A DNA stretch of 64,000 bases from Chthoniobacteraceae bacterium (GTDB lineage: Bacteria > Verrucomicrobiota > Verrucomicrobiia > Chthoniobacterales > Chthoniobacteraceae). Position numbers and translations under genes: made by a program. The stretch is from the NCBI GenBank assembly GCA_031409335.1, contig JANNWY010000033.1, positions 1-64,000 of the forward strand, written 5' to 3'. Each line of letters opens with the position of its first letter. Position 1 is the first letter of the stretch. Below, in pieces: positions 46,671-56,721 of this stretch. Under the pieces are notes generated by a model. It was not told where the DNA came from. It saw only the letters and a program-made list of their open reading frames with translations, and ran no database searches.

Positions 46671-47363
46671 GTGCCTATTCCTACCAATGCCAGCATCCTT
46701 GTCGCCGATGATGAAGCGGATGTGCGAAATTTGATTGGCATCAACCTTGCCAGTGCGGGCTTTCACGTGATCAAGGCAGAGGACGGCGAAAGCGCCTTGA
46801 GTAAGGCGCGGGGTCAGTCGCCAGCCTTGATGGTATTGGACGTGATGATGCCGGACATGTCTGGAATCGAGGTGTGCAAGCTGCTCAAGAGCGATCCCTC
46901 AACGTCGGCCATTTCAATCGTGCTGCTGACGGCGAAAGCCGAGGAAGTGGATCGCATTCTCGGACTGGAACTGGGTGCCGATGACTACGTGACGAAGCCA
47001 TTCAGTCCACGGGAACTCGTGTTGCGGGTGCAATCCATCCTCCGGCGCAAGGAAGTGGGAACCGCCCAGCCTGGATATATGAAGATCGGCGAGATCGCGA
47101 TTGATCGCGACCGGCATTTGATCACGGTGTGTGGAAAGCCCGTGGCTCTGACAGTCATCGAATACAAGCTACTCGCAGTCCTCGGTGCGAAGCCAGGACA
47201 TGTCCATTCGCGCAATGAGCTGCTCTATCGCGTGTGGGGCTATGACAAGTCGATCGAAACCCGGACGGTGGACACCCATGTGCGGCGGCTGCGTGAAAAG
47301 CTCGGCGCATCTGCCGATCAGATTCAGACGGTGCGCGGCTTTGGCTACCGCATCGAAGAGTAG
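46671..47363 (+). CDS. Orphan OmpR/PhoB-family response regulator (PhoB/PhoP-like)
   Basis: VADDE, LDVMMPD, LTAKAEEVDRILGLELGADDYVTKPFSPREL, ETRTVDTHVRRLREKL, TVRGFGY; no kinase adjacent. Confidence 0.9.
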   Translation: MPIPTNASILVADDEADVRNLIGINLASAGFHVIKAEDGESALSKARGQSPALMVLDVMMPDMSGIEVCKLLKSDPSTSAISIVLLTAKAEEVDRILGLELGADDYVTKPFSPRELVLRVQSILRRKEVGTAQPGYMKIGEIAIDRDRHLITVCGKPVALTVIEYKLLAVLGAKPGHVHSRNELLYRVWGYDKSIETRTVDTHVRRLREKLGASADQIQTVRGFGYRIEE

Positions 47364-47374
47364 GTCGGATCGAC

Positions 47375-47914
47375 TTAGAAAAAACTGCGCCCGTGGTAGA
47401 GCATCAGAGCGCCGTAGGTGACGCCGACGATGAGCACAAAGTAAGTCATCGCGAGTCCCGCGATCGCCATCCAGCGGCCCGAGAGCGCGGCATTTCTATC
47501 GAGCTGCACGAGCGCGAGGTGGCCGAGGATTAGGGCAAAAATCCACGAGACGAAATTGAGGTACGGGATGAAGCCGCACAGGCCGACGATCAGCGCAGCG
47601 ATCGCGAGGCCGCTCGTGCGGGTGATCGCGGTCAGCTCGAAGATCGGCGAATCCTCACTGGCGATGGCGGCGTCCGGCACCAGGTTTTCCCGGCTTTTCG
47701 GAATGGGCTCGGGCGCTTCGATCGGCGGCGGCGGCGGTTCGGAATCCAGTTCGGTGAAATCATCCAGCAATTTCCAGCGCCCGTTCACCTGCACCTGATG
47801 CAGCCTGCTGATCTCCCCGGCGTCCAGCCGGTCGCGGATTTCATCGAGGGAAAACGGACCCGACTCCGTGCCTTTCCAGCGCAGCAGAAACGTCGAAGCG
47901 GCAGGCGAACTCAT
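47375..47914 (-). CDS. GYF_2 + DUF4190 membrane protein
   Basis: GTESGPFSLDEIRDRLDAGEI (GYF_2); TSGLAIAALIVG..LILGHLAL..GRWMAIAGL (DUF4190); ATG overlaps the upstream stop (ATGA). Confidence 0.8.
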   Translation of the reverse strand: MSSPAASTFLLRWKGTESGPFSLDEIRDRLDAGEISRLHQVQVNGRWKLLDDFTELDSEPPPPPIEAPEPIPKSRENLVPDAAIASEDSPIFELTAITRTSGLAIAALIVGLCGFIPYLNFVSWIFALILGHLALVQLDRNAALSGRWMAIAGLAMTYFVLIVGVTYGALMLYHGRSFF

Positions 47915-50910
47915 GGCGCGGAAAAGAACGGGATGTCCGGCGTGAGCGGCTTCACGCCGAGCTTTTGCGCGGACTCGGCAAGCAAGGCCTGACGGTCCAA
48001 CGGCACGTGAAAGACCGGCGAATACCTCGCGCAATTCCCCGCATCCCGATCGCAACGAACGAGCCCGCCGCCACTCGCGCTCAGCGCCCAGAACGCCCCG
48101 GACGCGGCGGCTTCGCCGAGAATGCGCGCCTTTCCATCGCCGTCGATGAAGCCGCCAAACTGAATCCCAGCCTTGAGCACCGTCCGCACGATCTCGCGAT
48201 GCATCCGCGCTTCCGCGAGGTAGGAGCGGTTTTGCAGCTCGATGAAAATGGGCGTGAGCTTCGCGGAAAATTGCGCGCGCTTGCGATCGAGCAGCCAGTC
48301 CATGCCGCGCAGAGTTTCCCCGCCGCACAGCTCATCGAGCCGCGCCAAATCGCGCGACAATCGCGGGCAATGGTGCAGTCCCCACGCCAGCGGGCGTTCC
48401 CGCAAGAGCGCGGCGAGCTGCTGCATGAGGCAGGCTTTGAAGAGCGGATTCGCCGCTTTGTCATGCACGAGATCGTCGAAGACGCGGAGCAGCGGACGCT
48501 CGAATCGTTCGCCATTCCCGTCCGTCATCCGGTTGAGTTCGAGCCGGGCAAGACATTGCGAAACCGCGCTGGGATGGCTGTCGATGACTGCGCCCGAGCC
48601 GCCGATTCCGAACGACGATTTTTGCGAAGTGAGCGTGAGCGGCACGAATGCCGCCAGGTCGCCTTTCAGCGACGGATCGAAAACCGCACCCGTCCACGTC
48701 GTCACCTGCGATGAACTGACATCGCGCGGGCCGTCCTTGCGCATTTCTCCACGGGAATACACGGCGCGGCGCTCGTTCTTGCGCAGGTGATCGACGATCG
48801 TCAGCTCCCAGATGTCGTTCAGATAATTGTCGTCGCGCACCGCGAGAAGTTTTCCGATTTCAGACGGCTTCACATCCTCCGGCATGAATCCATCGCCAGC
48901 CGGCGCAGCCTTCGCCGCGGCCCATCCCTCGGCATCGCCCGGCATCAGCAGTTGCGCGGCGATGTCGTCGGGATTTGGAAACGCGGCGAGCATCTTGCGC
49001 GCGGCGTTCACGGCGGGGAGATGGGTGAGCTTCGATTCCTTGAACGCGGCGAGCCCCGTCTGAAATTCGCCGAGCGTGCCAGCGCGGAGCAGTGCCTCGT
49101 GCGTGCTGCGCATGAGGGAAAGTTCGCCGTCGAAAAGTTCGACCCGCTGCCGGAGCGCGACCATCCGCGTTTCCAGCGGCGCGGGCAGCGCGAGCGCGGC
49201 GAGGGTCGATTGCGCGCGTGTTTCCAGGGTTTTCAGGCGCGGCGCCATTTCATCAAGCGCCGCGGCCAGCGTTTGCCGCGATTGATCGTAGCCGAGTTTT
49301 TCGACCGCGGCACTTTCCAGCGCGGCGATTTCCCGCTCCGCATCGCGCGTCAGCGATTCACGGGCGGAGGCGAGGAAAGTCGCGAACTGGTCGCGCAGCG
49401 CCGCGATCCGGCGGGCCGGGTCCGCGCGCGCTTCCGCCGCAAGTTCACCGATGCCGCGCCCGGTGGTTTCGATCTGGGAGTGGAGCGCGCCGGGGTCCGC
49501 GTCCGCGAAATTTCCGGCGGCGCTGCGCTCGAGCGCGGCCAGCGTTCCCGCGATGCGTTCCAGACGATCGCGTTCGATGCCGACCCACTTCGCCACTTCA
49601 TCGAGGCGCGCGCGCAGGGCCGCTTGCTCCGCCAGCCCGGCGTGCGAAGTGCGCAGCTTTTCGATCAATCCCTCCGCCGCCTCGATCTGCCCTGAAGTCT
49701 GAAAATCAACGAGCTGCCGCGCGTAGCTGCGCGCGGAAAAGGCCCGCACGGCGAACCACGCCGTGACGACCATCACGAGCAGCGCGAGCGCCACGCCCGC
49801 GCCGTGCCGCAGCCGGCGCTGCCGCTGGAGGCGGGAAACCTGCGCGTTCAACGCCGCTGCCGCGGCGCGCACGCGCTCGCTCAATTCCTCCGGCACTTTC
49901 CGCGGGTGGCTTTCGACATTGCGCCAGCGGCGCGCAAATTCAGCGCACAGCGAATCCGCTTCCGGCAGCGTGAGCGCGGGCGGTGTCGCGAGCCGCATCC
50001 CGACTTCATCCGCCAGCGCCGCCGCGTCGCGCGCGGCGTCTTGAAATCGCGCCTCTTCCGCGGCGGCGGCGCTCTCCTTTTCAAAGTACGGTCGGACTTC
50101 CTCGATGAGCACCGCGGATTTCTGCGAGATCGCAAATCCGTGCTCCTCCTGCAAAGTCCGCACGCGCGCGAGCAGTTCGCCGACCATCCGCCAGGCACCG
50201 GCCGCGCGCTCCTCCGCGAGTGCATCCACGAGTCGGTCCGCGAGCGCGATTGCTTCCGCGCGCGCTGCCAGGCGGCGCACTTCCGCGGCCTGCGTGAACT
50301 CGGCGCACTCAGCAAGTTTTGCCGGAGTCGCCAGCCGTTCGAGTTCAGAAAGCTCCGCGAGGATCGCCTCCTGCCCGCGGCTCGCGAGCGCCGCCCGCAG
50401 CGATTGCAGCCGCAGTTGGAACAGCTTGTTTTCCAGCCGCACCAATTCCGCCCGCGCATTCGCATCCTGCGCATTCAGCCGCACGATGGAGCGCACGATC
50501 CGGATCGCGCGCCCATCATCGCGCGAACTCACCGCCGCGCGGTAGTCGCGGTAAAGCGGATGATCCGTCCGAATGCCTTTCGCGTAGAGCGCATCGAGCG
50601 CCTGCACCGCGCGGGAGTCGAAACGCACCGGTGCCGCCAGGCCGTGCTGCGCGCAGAATGCCGCCCACGCCGGAGCCTCGGCAAAGCTCAGCAGGCCGAG
50701 CAAATCCAGCAGCACCGGCTCCGTCTCGGCGAGCTGGAGCGCCTGATATTCACTGCCTTTCTCGATCATCACGGCGCACGATTCGAGGCGCGCATTCGCT
50801 TCGTGAGCGAGCCGCGCGTATTCCACCGCGAGACTTTCCGCGGACGCGCTGCCACCGCGCGCCGCAAGCGCGTCACGGATTTGTTTGATGAGTTTCGTGA
50901 CCTGCCACAT
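47911..50910 (-). CDS. Large helical hypothetical protein with central TM segment (999 aa)
   Basis: Long ORF with operon-like spacing on both sides; TM GAGVALALLVMVVTAWFAV after RQRRLR. Confidence 0.8.
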   Translation of the reverse strand: MWQVTKLIKQIRDALAARGGSASAESLAVEYARLAHEANARLESCAVMIEKGSEYQALQLAETEPVLLDLLGLLSFAEAPAWAAFCAQHGLAAPVRFDSRAVQALDALYAKGIRTDHPLYRDYRAAVSSRDDGRAIRIVRSIVRLNAQDANARAELVRLENKLFQLRLQSLRAALASRGQEAILAELSELERLATPAKLAECAEFTQAAEVRRLAARAEAIALADRLVDALAEERAAGAWRMVGELLARVRTLQEEHGFAISQKSAVLIEEVRPYFEKESAAAAEEARFQDAARDAAALADEVGMRLATPPALTLPEADSLCAEFARRWRNVESHPRKVPEELSERVRAAAAALNAQVSRLQRQRRLRHGAGVALALLVMVVTAWFAVRAFSARSYARQLVDFQTSGQIEAAEGLIEKLRTSHAGLAEQAALRARLDEVAKWVGIERDRLERIAGTLAALERSAAGNFADADPGALHSQIETTGRGIGELAAEARADPARRIAALRDQFATFLASARESLTRDAEREIAALESAAVEKLGYDQSRQTLAAALDEMAPRLKTLETRAQSTLAALALPAPLETRMVALRQRVELFDGELSLMRSTHEALLRAGTLGEFQTGLAAFKESKLTHLPAVNAARKMLAAFPNPDDIAAQLLMPGDAEGWAAAKAAPAGDGFMPEDVKPSEIGKLLAVRDDNYLNDIWELTIVDHLRKNERRAVYSRGEMRKDGPRDVSSSQVTTWTGAVFDPSLKGDLAAFVPLTLTSQKSSFGIGGSGAVIDSHPSAVSQCLARLELNRMTDGNGERFERPLLRVFDDLVHDKAANPLFKACLMQQLAALLRERPLAWGLHHCPRLSRDLARLDELCGGETLRGMDWLLDRKRAQFSAKLTPIFIELQNRSYLAEARMHREIVRTVLKAGIQFGGFIDGDGKARILGEAAASGAFWALSASGGGLVRCDRDAGNCARYSPVFHVPLDRQALLAESAQKLGVKPLTPDIPFFSAP

Positions 50911-50918
50911 CGCGTCGG

Positions 50919-53900
50919 TCAGTGGTTGATTTCGATTTCCACCAAGGGAATTTCAATCTCACCCGCCATGACGAAAAGCCGGTAAACTCCTGGCGGCACT
51001 TTCTCCGCGAGCAGCGGATGCGCGTTGAGGCGGCGGGCTTCCTCCCGCTTCGCCGCGAGTTGCGTGGCGAGTTTCGCGAGGTCGTTTTTTGACTCGGGGA
51101 TTTCTGGTGAAAGCAGCGTGATCATCGCCGCCAGCGTGCGCAGCCCGCTTTGGTAGCGGCCGATCTCTTCGGAAGTCACGAGGCCGCGAATTGCCGCCTG
51201 CACCTCGCGCAGTGCAGCGCGGCATGACTTCTCCACATCTTTCGGAGCCGCGGTCGCCTTGAGAAATGCGAGCTCCGCGCCAGCGGTGAAGAGCGGGTCG
51301 CGGCGTTGAAATGCGGCTTCCTGGCAGAAGGCCTTGATGCATCCGCCAGCCTGCGAAAAGAGCGCCGCCGTCTCGTCACCGAAATCCGCCCGCGCCTGCG
51401 CCAGCCGTTGCATCCGCCGTGTTTCGATTTCCTTGAGCGACGGCTCGCGTTTCACGACATCGCCGAACTTTTTTTCCACCCGCTTGCGCTCGACCACCGT
51501 CCATTCGGCGATATCACGGTTGATCCCGTCGGCGATCAGTTTTTTGAGTTCCTGGAACCGCGCGCTGGCATCGCCTCCGTTCGGAGATGCGCCTGCCGGT
51601 GTGAGGGTCTTGATCTGGCGCTCCGTTTCTTTTGCCGCGCGGGTGATTCCCGCGATGAGCGGTTCGAGATCCACGGCCCAATCCGCTACGGTCAGCGATT
51701 CCAGCCGGTTCCCCGCGATCGCGCTTCCGGCGGGAAGGCGCAGCGTCATGCGGCTGGTGGGAACGCCAGGCAGGCCCAGTTTTTCCGGGTCCAGCGAGAG
51801 TGAATTGCCGGACCGGCTCAGGCCGCCGGTTGCTTTCGGAAGCAGCGGTTTTTCCGTTTCATTGGCGACCCAAACTTGCAGCGCTTCCTGGCCGCCGACA
51901 TTCCTGACAATCAGCATGAGCGGCCTTGCGAGGCTGTCTGCTGCACGTTCGGGCGTGATTAGTTTCGCGGGTTCATTGATCGCAAACAGCACCGGGTCGT
52001 TGATCTGCCGGCGCAGTTTTCCCTGATTCGTCGGATCGATCAGCGGCACCGGAACCGCGCCGGCGGACGTTCGCAGTTGGAAAGTGCCGCCACGCCCCAG
52101 CTCCTGAAAGCGCGCGTCGTGCAATGCGGATAGCTCGGTGAAAAAATAGAGCGGGATGGCTGGGCGTTTCGCGGCAGCCGTCGGAACTGGCGCGGGCGGC
52201 GCGCGTTCTCCGCGCGATTTCGCGAGCGTGGCGCTGGCGTGTTTGAGCAGCCACTCGGGCCACGTATCGCGGGCATCCCGCAGCTTGATCGCGAGATCTT
52301 CCGCCACGCGATCGGTCGGCGCTTTTCGGACAAAGCTCCAGTCCTGCATCAGCTTTTCAGCCTCGCGATGGGTCTTCGCCGCGATCGCGTCGGCGGGCTT
52401 GCCACGCGCCAGACGTTCTTCCACGAGCACGCCTTCGGCGGGTGGCAAATGCTGGCTGGGCGATCCGCGCGGATGCAGCAGCGCGAGCAGCGCGGCGGCC
52501 TCCGCGCGTTCGTGGCTCTTCCGCAATTCATCGTGCGCGGGCGAGAATGCCCGGATCGCCTGCGTCTCTTTCGCGAAAGTTTCGATCGCAACGATCTGGC
52601 GCTGGAGGGCGTCAAAGGCGGGGCGCTCGGGCTGCGTCGCGGCGGCCGCCCGCTCGAGCGCCGCGTCGAGCGCCGCGACCTCATGAACGCGGGTCGCAAA
52701 ACTTTGCAACTCGACCGGGACTTCAATGGCAAAGTCGTCGCCCATTTGTTTGAGCGCATCGCCGCTTTTGGTGTCGCGCATTTTCTCAAAACTCACCTCC
52801 TTCAAAGCTGCCGAGGCCTTTTCGATTTCACTCACGATCTGGTCAGCCGGCGCCAGTTTTTCCGCGCTCAATCGCGCAACAAATTCGGCGGTCTGCGGAC
52901 TAAAAATGCGGCACGCGACGATCCGCTTTTGCAATTGTCCGCGCCGCTCCCGCAGGTTGCCGTCGCCAGTGATGAGCGGTCGAATCACTGCCACCGAGAT
53001 CAAGCCGAGCAGCAGGGCGGCGGCGCCCGCGATAATCCACACGCGGTTGACGCGCGGTCTTGCGGAAGGGCGCGCGACCGATTTCGGCGGCGCGGCGCGG
53101 AAGGAGCGCACTTCCATGGCTCGCCTCGCGCGGAGTTGCGGGCGCATTCCCGCTCGTGATCGCGGATGGCCGCGGCAGGGATGCGATCGCCGCATTCGCG
53201 GGGACATTCGGTTCCGGCAAAAGATCGGGCCGACCCAGATCGAGCACGGGTCTTCCCGAAGTCTCCGCCTGCGCACGCAGCGCAGAATCTGCCTCCACAC
53301 CGATCCAGCGAAAGTCAGACGATTCGTCGCTGGGCTGGAGCGCCGTGGTGAACGGGATTTGCCAGAGGCGATCGGGAATGAGCCGGAGCGACTCCGCGAA
53401 AAGTCCGCGCGCGTCGATTTCCGCCGGGTAAAAAAGATACGCGCCGCGACTCGCCTCGCCGTTTGCGAGCAACCACGCATTTCGCGCATCCGCAGTCGCC
53501 TGCACCCATTGCCCCGTGTCCGTCGCGCTGAAGGTTTCGAGCGCGATTTCGTCCGCCGTTTCGAGAAAGCGCGGCGCGTCACTCCACGACTCGATCCACG
53601 ACATGCCGAGCAGCACATCCGCCGGAGACGGCGCGCGGCGGCCGAGCGCCGCGAGTTCGCGCGGGTCCACGATGAGGTGATGCGCGAGGTGATTGGTGCG
53701 TCCCGTGTAGTCCGCGCCAGCATCGCGAATGCAACTCAGCACATGGAAACGCCCGCCCGCCACGGCCACGATGCGATGGCAGAAGATGACGCGCGCCGCA
53801 TCGTGTCCGGGCAGCCGCGCGAACTGGCTCGCACGCTCGATCGCCGACACCAGCAGCGGGCTGATCTGCCGATGACGCGCGACGGTGCCGAAGCCGGAGC

Positions 53901-53952
53901 GGCCCGCTTCGAGCAGCCGCGGCGCGCTGGTATAGATGAGCTGCCAGGCCAT
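50919..53952 (-). pseudogene. GAP1-N2 (GTPase-associated protein) domain membrane protein, apparently frameshifted near 53100-53170
   Basis: Start MAWQLIYTSAPRLLEAGRSGFGTVARH (53952) and DAGADYTGRTNHLAHH. Protein-like sequence continues in another frame with TM VWIIAGAAALLLGLISVAV to 50919. Alternatively two genes, the second starting at ATG 53117. Confidence 0.65.
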
Positions 53953-54262
53953 GTTTTCAGCCTCCGCCGGGCATGAGGACCGTGGGCGGCGCGACCCGGG
54001 TGAGCGTCCCGAGCGCTGGCGTTTTGACATGCCGCGGATCCGGCTCGCTCATTTTCACGGCGCACGATTCGGTGAAGATGAATTTGGGAGAGGGAAAATC
54101 CACGATGCTGAGATTGGACAATGCGACGATTCAAGCCAAGCGACCGATTCAATACGACCATTCAATCGCCCAAATCACCAAATCTCTTCCGGGGTTCACG
54201 CGCCCGCTGACAGGGAACCGGGTTGACGGATCGCGCTCGCTCAACTACCAACTCAGCGTTCA

Positions 54263-54370
54263 ATGAAACATTACGTCACCACCACCAAACGAACGCTCGC
54301 GCGCATTTGCCCGATGCAGCTTCGTTTTGTCGTCTGGGCCAAGGCCCGGAGCGGTGGACTGAGATTCTGA
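54263..54370 (+). promoter_or_regulatory. Candidate leader peptide (35 aa)
   Basis: MKHYVTTTKRTLARICPMQLRFVVWAKARSGGLRF*, after a TTGACG -35-like hexamer at 54223 and 26 nt before a terminator. Confidence 0.45.
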
Positions 54371-54396
54371 TTTCCCAAAAATCTTTCCTCAACAAA

Positions 54397-54430
54397 CCCA
54401 CCGCTGACCAACGGCGGTGGGATTTTTTTT
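54397..54430 (+). terminator. Intrinsic terminator/attenuator upstream of the EamA operon
   Basis: CCCACCGCTG-accaa-CGGCGGTGGG-ATTTTTTTT. Confidence 0.82.
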
Positions 54431-54466
54431 CCCGTCATTGGTCTCGGTAAATCCAAACCGAACCAC

Positions 54467-54643
54467 ATGAAACCATACGACAACACCGCGCCGCCCGCCG
54501 ATCCCGACGATCCGCATGCCATCACCTTGCTGAGCAATCTCTATCTCGAGATCGGCCTGCCGCTCGAAGCCGCCGTGCAATCGGCCATCGCTGATTTGGA
54601 AGCCATGTCGGACGAGGAAACCGCCGATCTTTGCACGACATGA
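54467..54643 (+). CDS. Small acidic hypothetical protein (58 aa), below ORF-track cutoff
   Basis: MKPYDNTAPPADPDDPHAITLLSNLYLEIGLPLEAAVQSAIADLEAMSDEETADLCTT*; stop overlaps the EamA ATG (ATGA at 54640-54643). Confidence 0.6.
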   Translation: MKPYDNTAPPADPDDPHAITLLSNLYLEIGLPLEAAVQSAIADLEAMSDEETADLCTT

Positions 54644-55605
54644 GCGCCCGCGGCCATGAAACTCCGCCCGCGACCGCGACCGTCCGAACAACCGCGAAAC
54701 CGCCGCTCTGGCTCGTGATCGCCGCGTTCGTGGCCGTCTATGTTTTGTGGGGTTCCACGTATCTCGGCATCCGTGTCGCGATCGAATCCATCCCGCCCAT
54801 GCTGATGGCAGGCACGCGGTTTTTCATCGCGGGCATTCTCCTCTACGGCTTCATGAGAATGAGCGGCGCACCGCGTCCGCGCGCGATTCATTGGCGGAAT
54901 GCCGCGATCGTCGGCGCGCTGCTGCTGCTCATCGGCAATGGCGGCCTCACCTGGGCGGAACTCACGGTGCCCTCAAACATCGCCGCGCTGATCATCGCGA
55001 GCACACCCCTTTGGATGATCCTCTTTGACTGGCTCCGACCTGGCGGACATCGTCCCCACGCCTCCGTGTTTGCCGGACTTCTGCTCGGCTTCGCAGGAGT
55101 CGGCCTCATCATCGCGAGCAAGGATCAGCACGGCCACAGCGTCGCCGAACCGCTCGGGGCATTCGTGCTGCTCGTCGCCGCGCTCTGCTGGGCCGCCGGC
55201 TCCGTGTTCTCGCGCCACGCCGCGCAATCCGAGTCCGCACTGCTCGCCGTCGCGATGCAGATGATCACCGGTGGCGCGCTGCTCCTCCTCGCCGGATTTG
55301 TCCTCGGAGAAATCCACGACTTCAATCTCGAAACCATCACGACCCGTTCGCGCATCGCGTTCTTTTATCTCCTGATTTGCGGCTCGCTCATTGGCTTCAC
55401 CGCCTACGTTTGGCTGCTTCAGGTCAGCACCCCGGCGCGCGTCTCGACCTATGCTTTTGTAAATCCGCTCATCGCAGTCATCCTCGGACGCATCTTCCTC
55501 CGCGAGACGCTGCCTGGCAGCGTCCTCGTCGCCGGGGCATTGATCGTCACGGCGGTCGTGCTGATCACGCTTCGCAGTGGCGTCCGGCATTCCCATCGAA
55601 AATGA
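54640..55605 (+). CDS. EamA/DMT-family transporter (YedA-like)
   Basis: VYVLWGSTYLGIR, RFFIAG, GSLIGFTAYVWLL, STYAFVNPLIAV; about 10 TM. Confidence 0.93.
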   Translation: MSARGHETPPATATVRTTAKPPLWLVIAAFVAVYVLWGSTYLGIRVAIESIPPMLMAGTRFFIAGILLYGFMRMSGAPRPRAIHWRNAAIVGALLLLIGNGGLTWAELTVPSNIAALIIASTPLWMILFDWLRPGGHRPHASVFAGLLLGFAGVGLIIASKDQHGHSVAEPLGAFVLLVAALCWAAGSVFSRHAAQSESALLAVAMQMITGGALLLLAGFVLGEIHDFNLETITTRSRIAFFYLLICGSLIGFTAYVWLLQVSTPARVSTYAFVNPLIAVILGRIFLRETLPGSVLVAGALIVTAVVLITLRSGVRHSHRK

Positions 55606-55648
55606 CGCTCGATTCGCGGCTGAACGCTCATAACGTCGCGTCGCCGAT

Positions 55649-56716
55649 ATGAATTTCTCCCGACCTGCGGCAGTCTGCGTCCTCGCCCTTGCCACGTTTT
55701 CGTTTTTCGCAAACGCTCAGGATTCCACACCGTCCACAGCGGTGAAAAGCGGCAGCGTGTTCACGGCTCACGACACGTTCGATTGCGGAGTCGAATCCAG
55801 CGCCGACGCCAGCGCCTGCCTGGATGGGCTGAAGTGGAAGTGCGCGTCATTCAAAGTTCACTGCGAGCCCGCGACCGGCGGTTTTGGAGATTGGCTGATG
55901 CGCTTTCCATCGCCCCTGCCAAGTGGCGATCCCGCGAACGATGTCGTGGCGATGGAATGGCACATGGCTCGCGATCCTGCCGGCGCGCCCACCCGCGCGC
56001 CAGCGGTGGTCATCGTCCATGAGAGCGGCCGTGGCATGGTCGCGGGACGCATCTTTGCCAGGGGCCTGCAAACCCACGGATTCCACACATTTCTGATCCA
56101 TCTCCCGGGATACGGTGCCCGCACATCGGCGTTCACCAGCGACATCCGGCAGATGCTCCCCGGCCTCAAACAAGCGATCGGCGATGTGCGCCGCGCGCGC
56201 GATGCCGTCGCCTCGCTTCCGCAGATCGACAGCGCGCACATTTCCCTCCAAGGGACCAGCCTCGGCGGATTCGTCACCGCAACGGTCGCCGGTCTCGATG
56301 GCCGATACGACAAATCCTTCATCCTGCTCGCCGGCGGAAATCTTGCCGACGTGCTGCTCAAAGGAGAGCGGGACGCCGCCGCCATGCGTCAGCAGTTGAC
56401 CGCCGCTGGCATCACCGAGGCGCAGATTCGGGAGCTTTCAAAAGCGGTGGAACCCATGCGGCTCGCGCACCGCGTCGCGCCTGGGCGGACGTGGCTTTTC
56501 AGCGGAAAAATGGATGAAGTCGTGCCGCCATCCTGCTCGCTCGCCTTTGCCAAAGCAGCCAAGCTCGACGCGGAGCACCACATCGTTTTGCCCGTGGGCC
56601 ACTACACCGCCGCGCTCCTGCTACCTGCGATTTTAACAACCATCAGCGACCTGCTCCACGACCGCCCCCGGAGCGTGCAGCTCCCTTCGGAAACCGGCGC
56701 GCCTGGCGATCCCTAG
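55649..56716 (+). CDS. Secreted alpha/beta hydrolase
   Basis: Signal peptide; HLPGYGAR, GTSLGG nucleophile elbow, DEVVP, GHY. Confidence 0.85.
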   Translation: MNFSRPAAVCVLALATFSFFANAQDSTPSTAVKSGSVFTAHDTFDCGVESSADASACLDGLKWKCASFKVHCEPATGGFGDWLMRFPSPLPSGDPANDVVAMEWHMARDPAGAPTRAPAVVIVHESGRGMVAGRIFARGLQTHGFHTFLIHLPGYGARTSAFTSDIRQMLPGLKQAIGDVRRARDAVASLPQIDSAHISLQGTSLGGFVTATVAGLDGRYDKSFILLAGGNLADVLLKGERDAAAMRQQLTAAGITEAQIRELSKAVEPMRLAHRVAPGRTWLFSGKMDEVVPPSCSLAFAKAAKLDAEHHIVLPVGHYTAALLLPAILTTISDLLHDRPRSVQLPSETGAPGDP

Positions 56717-56721
56717 CCGGA

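Noticed and set aside
53953..54222. Small ORFs or ncRNA in the divergent intergenic region
   Set aside because: No recognisable motif, start context or structure that I can support.
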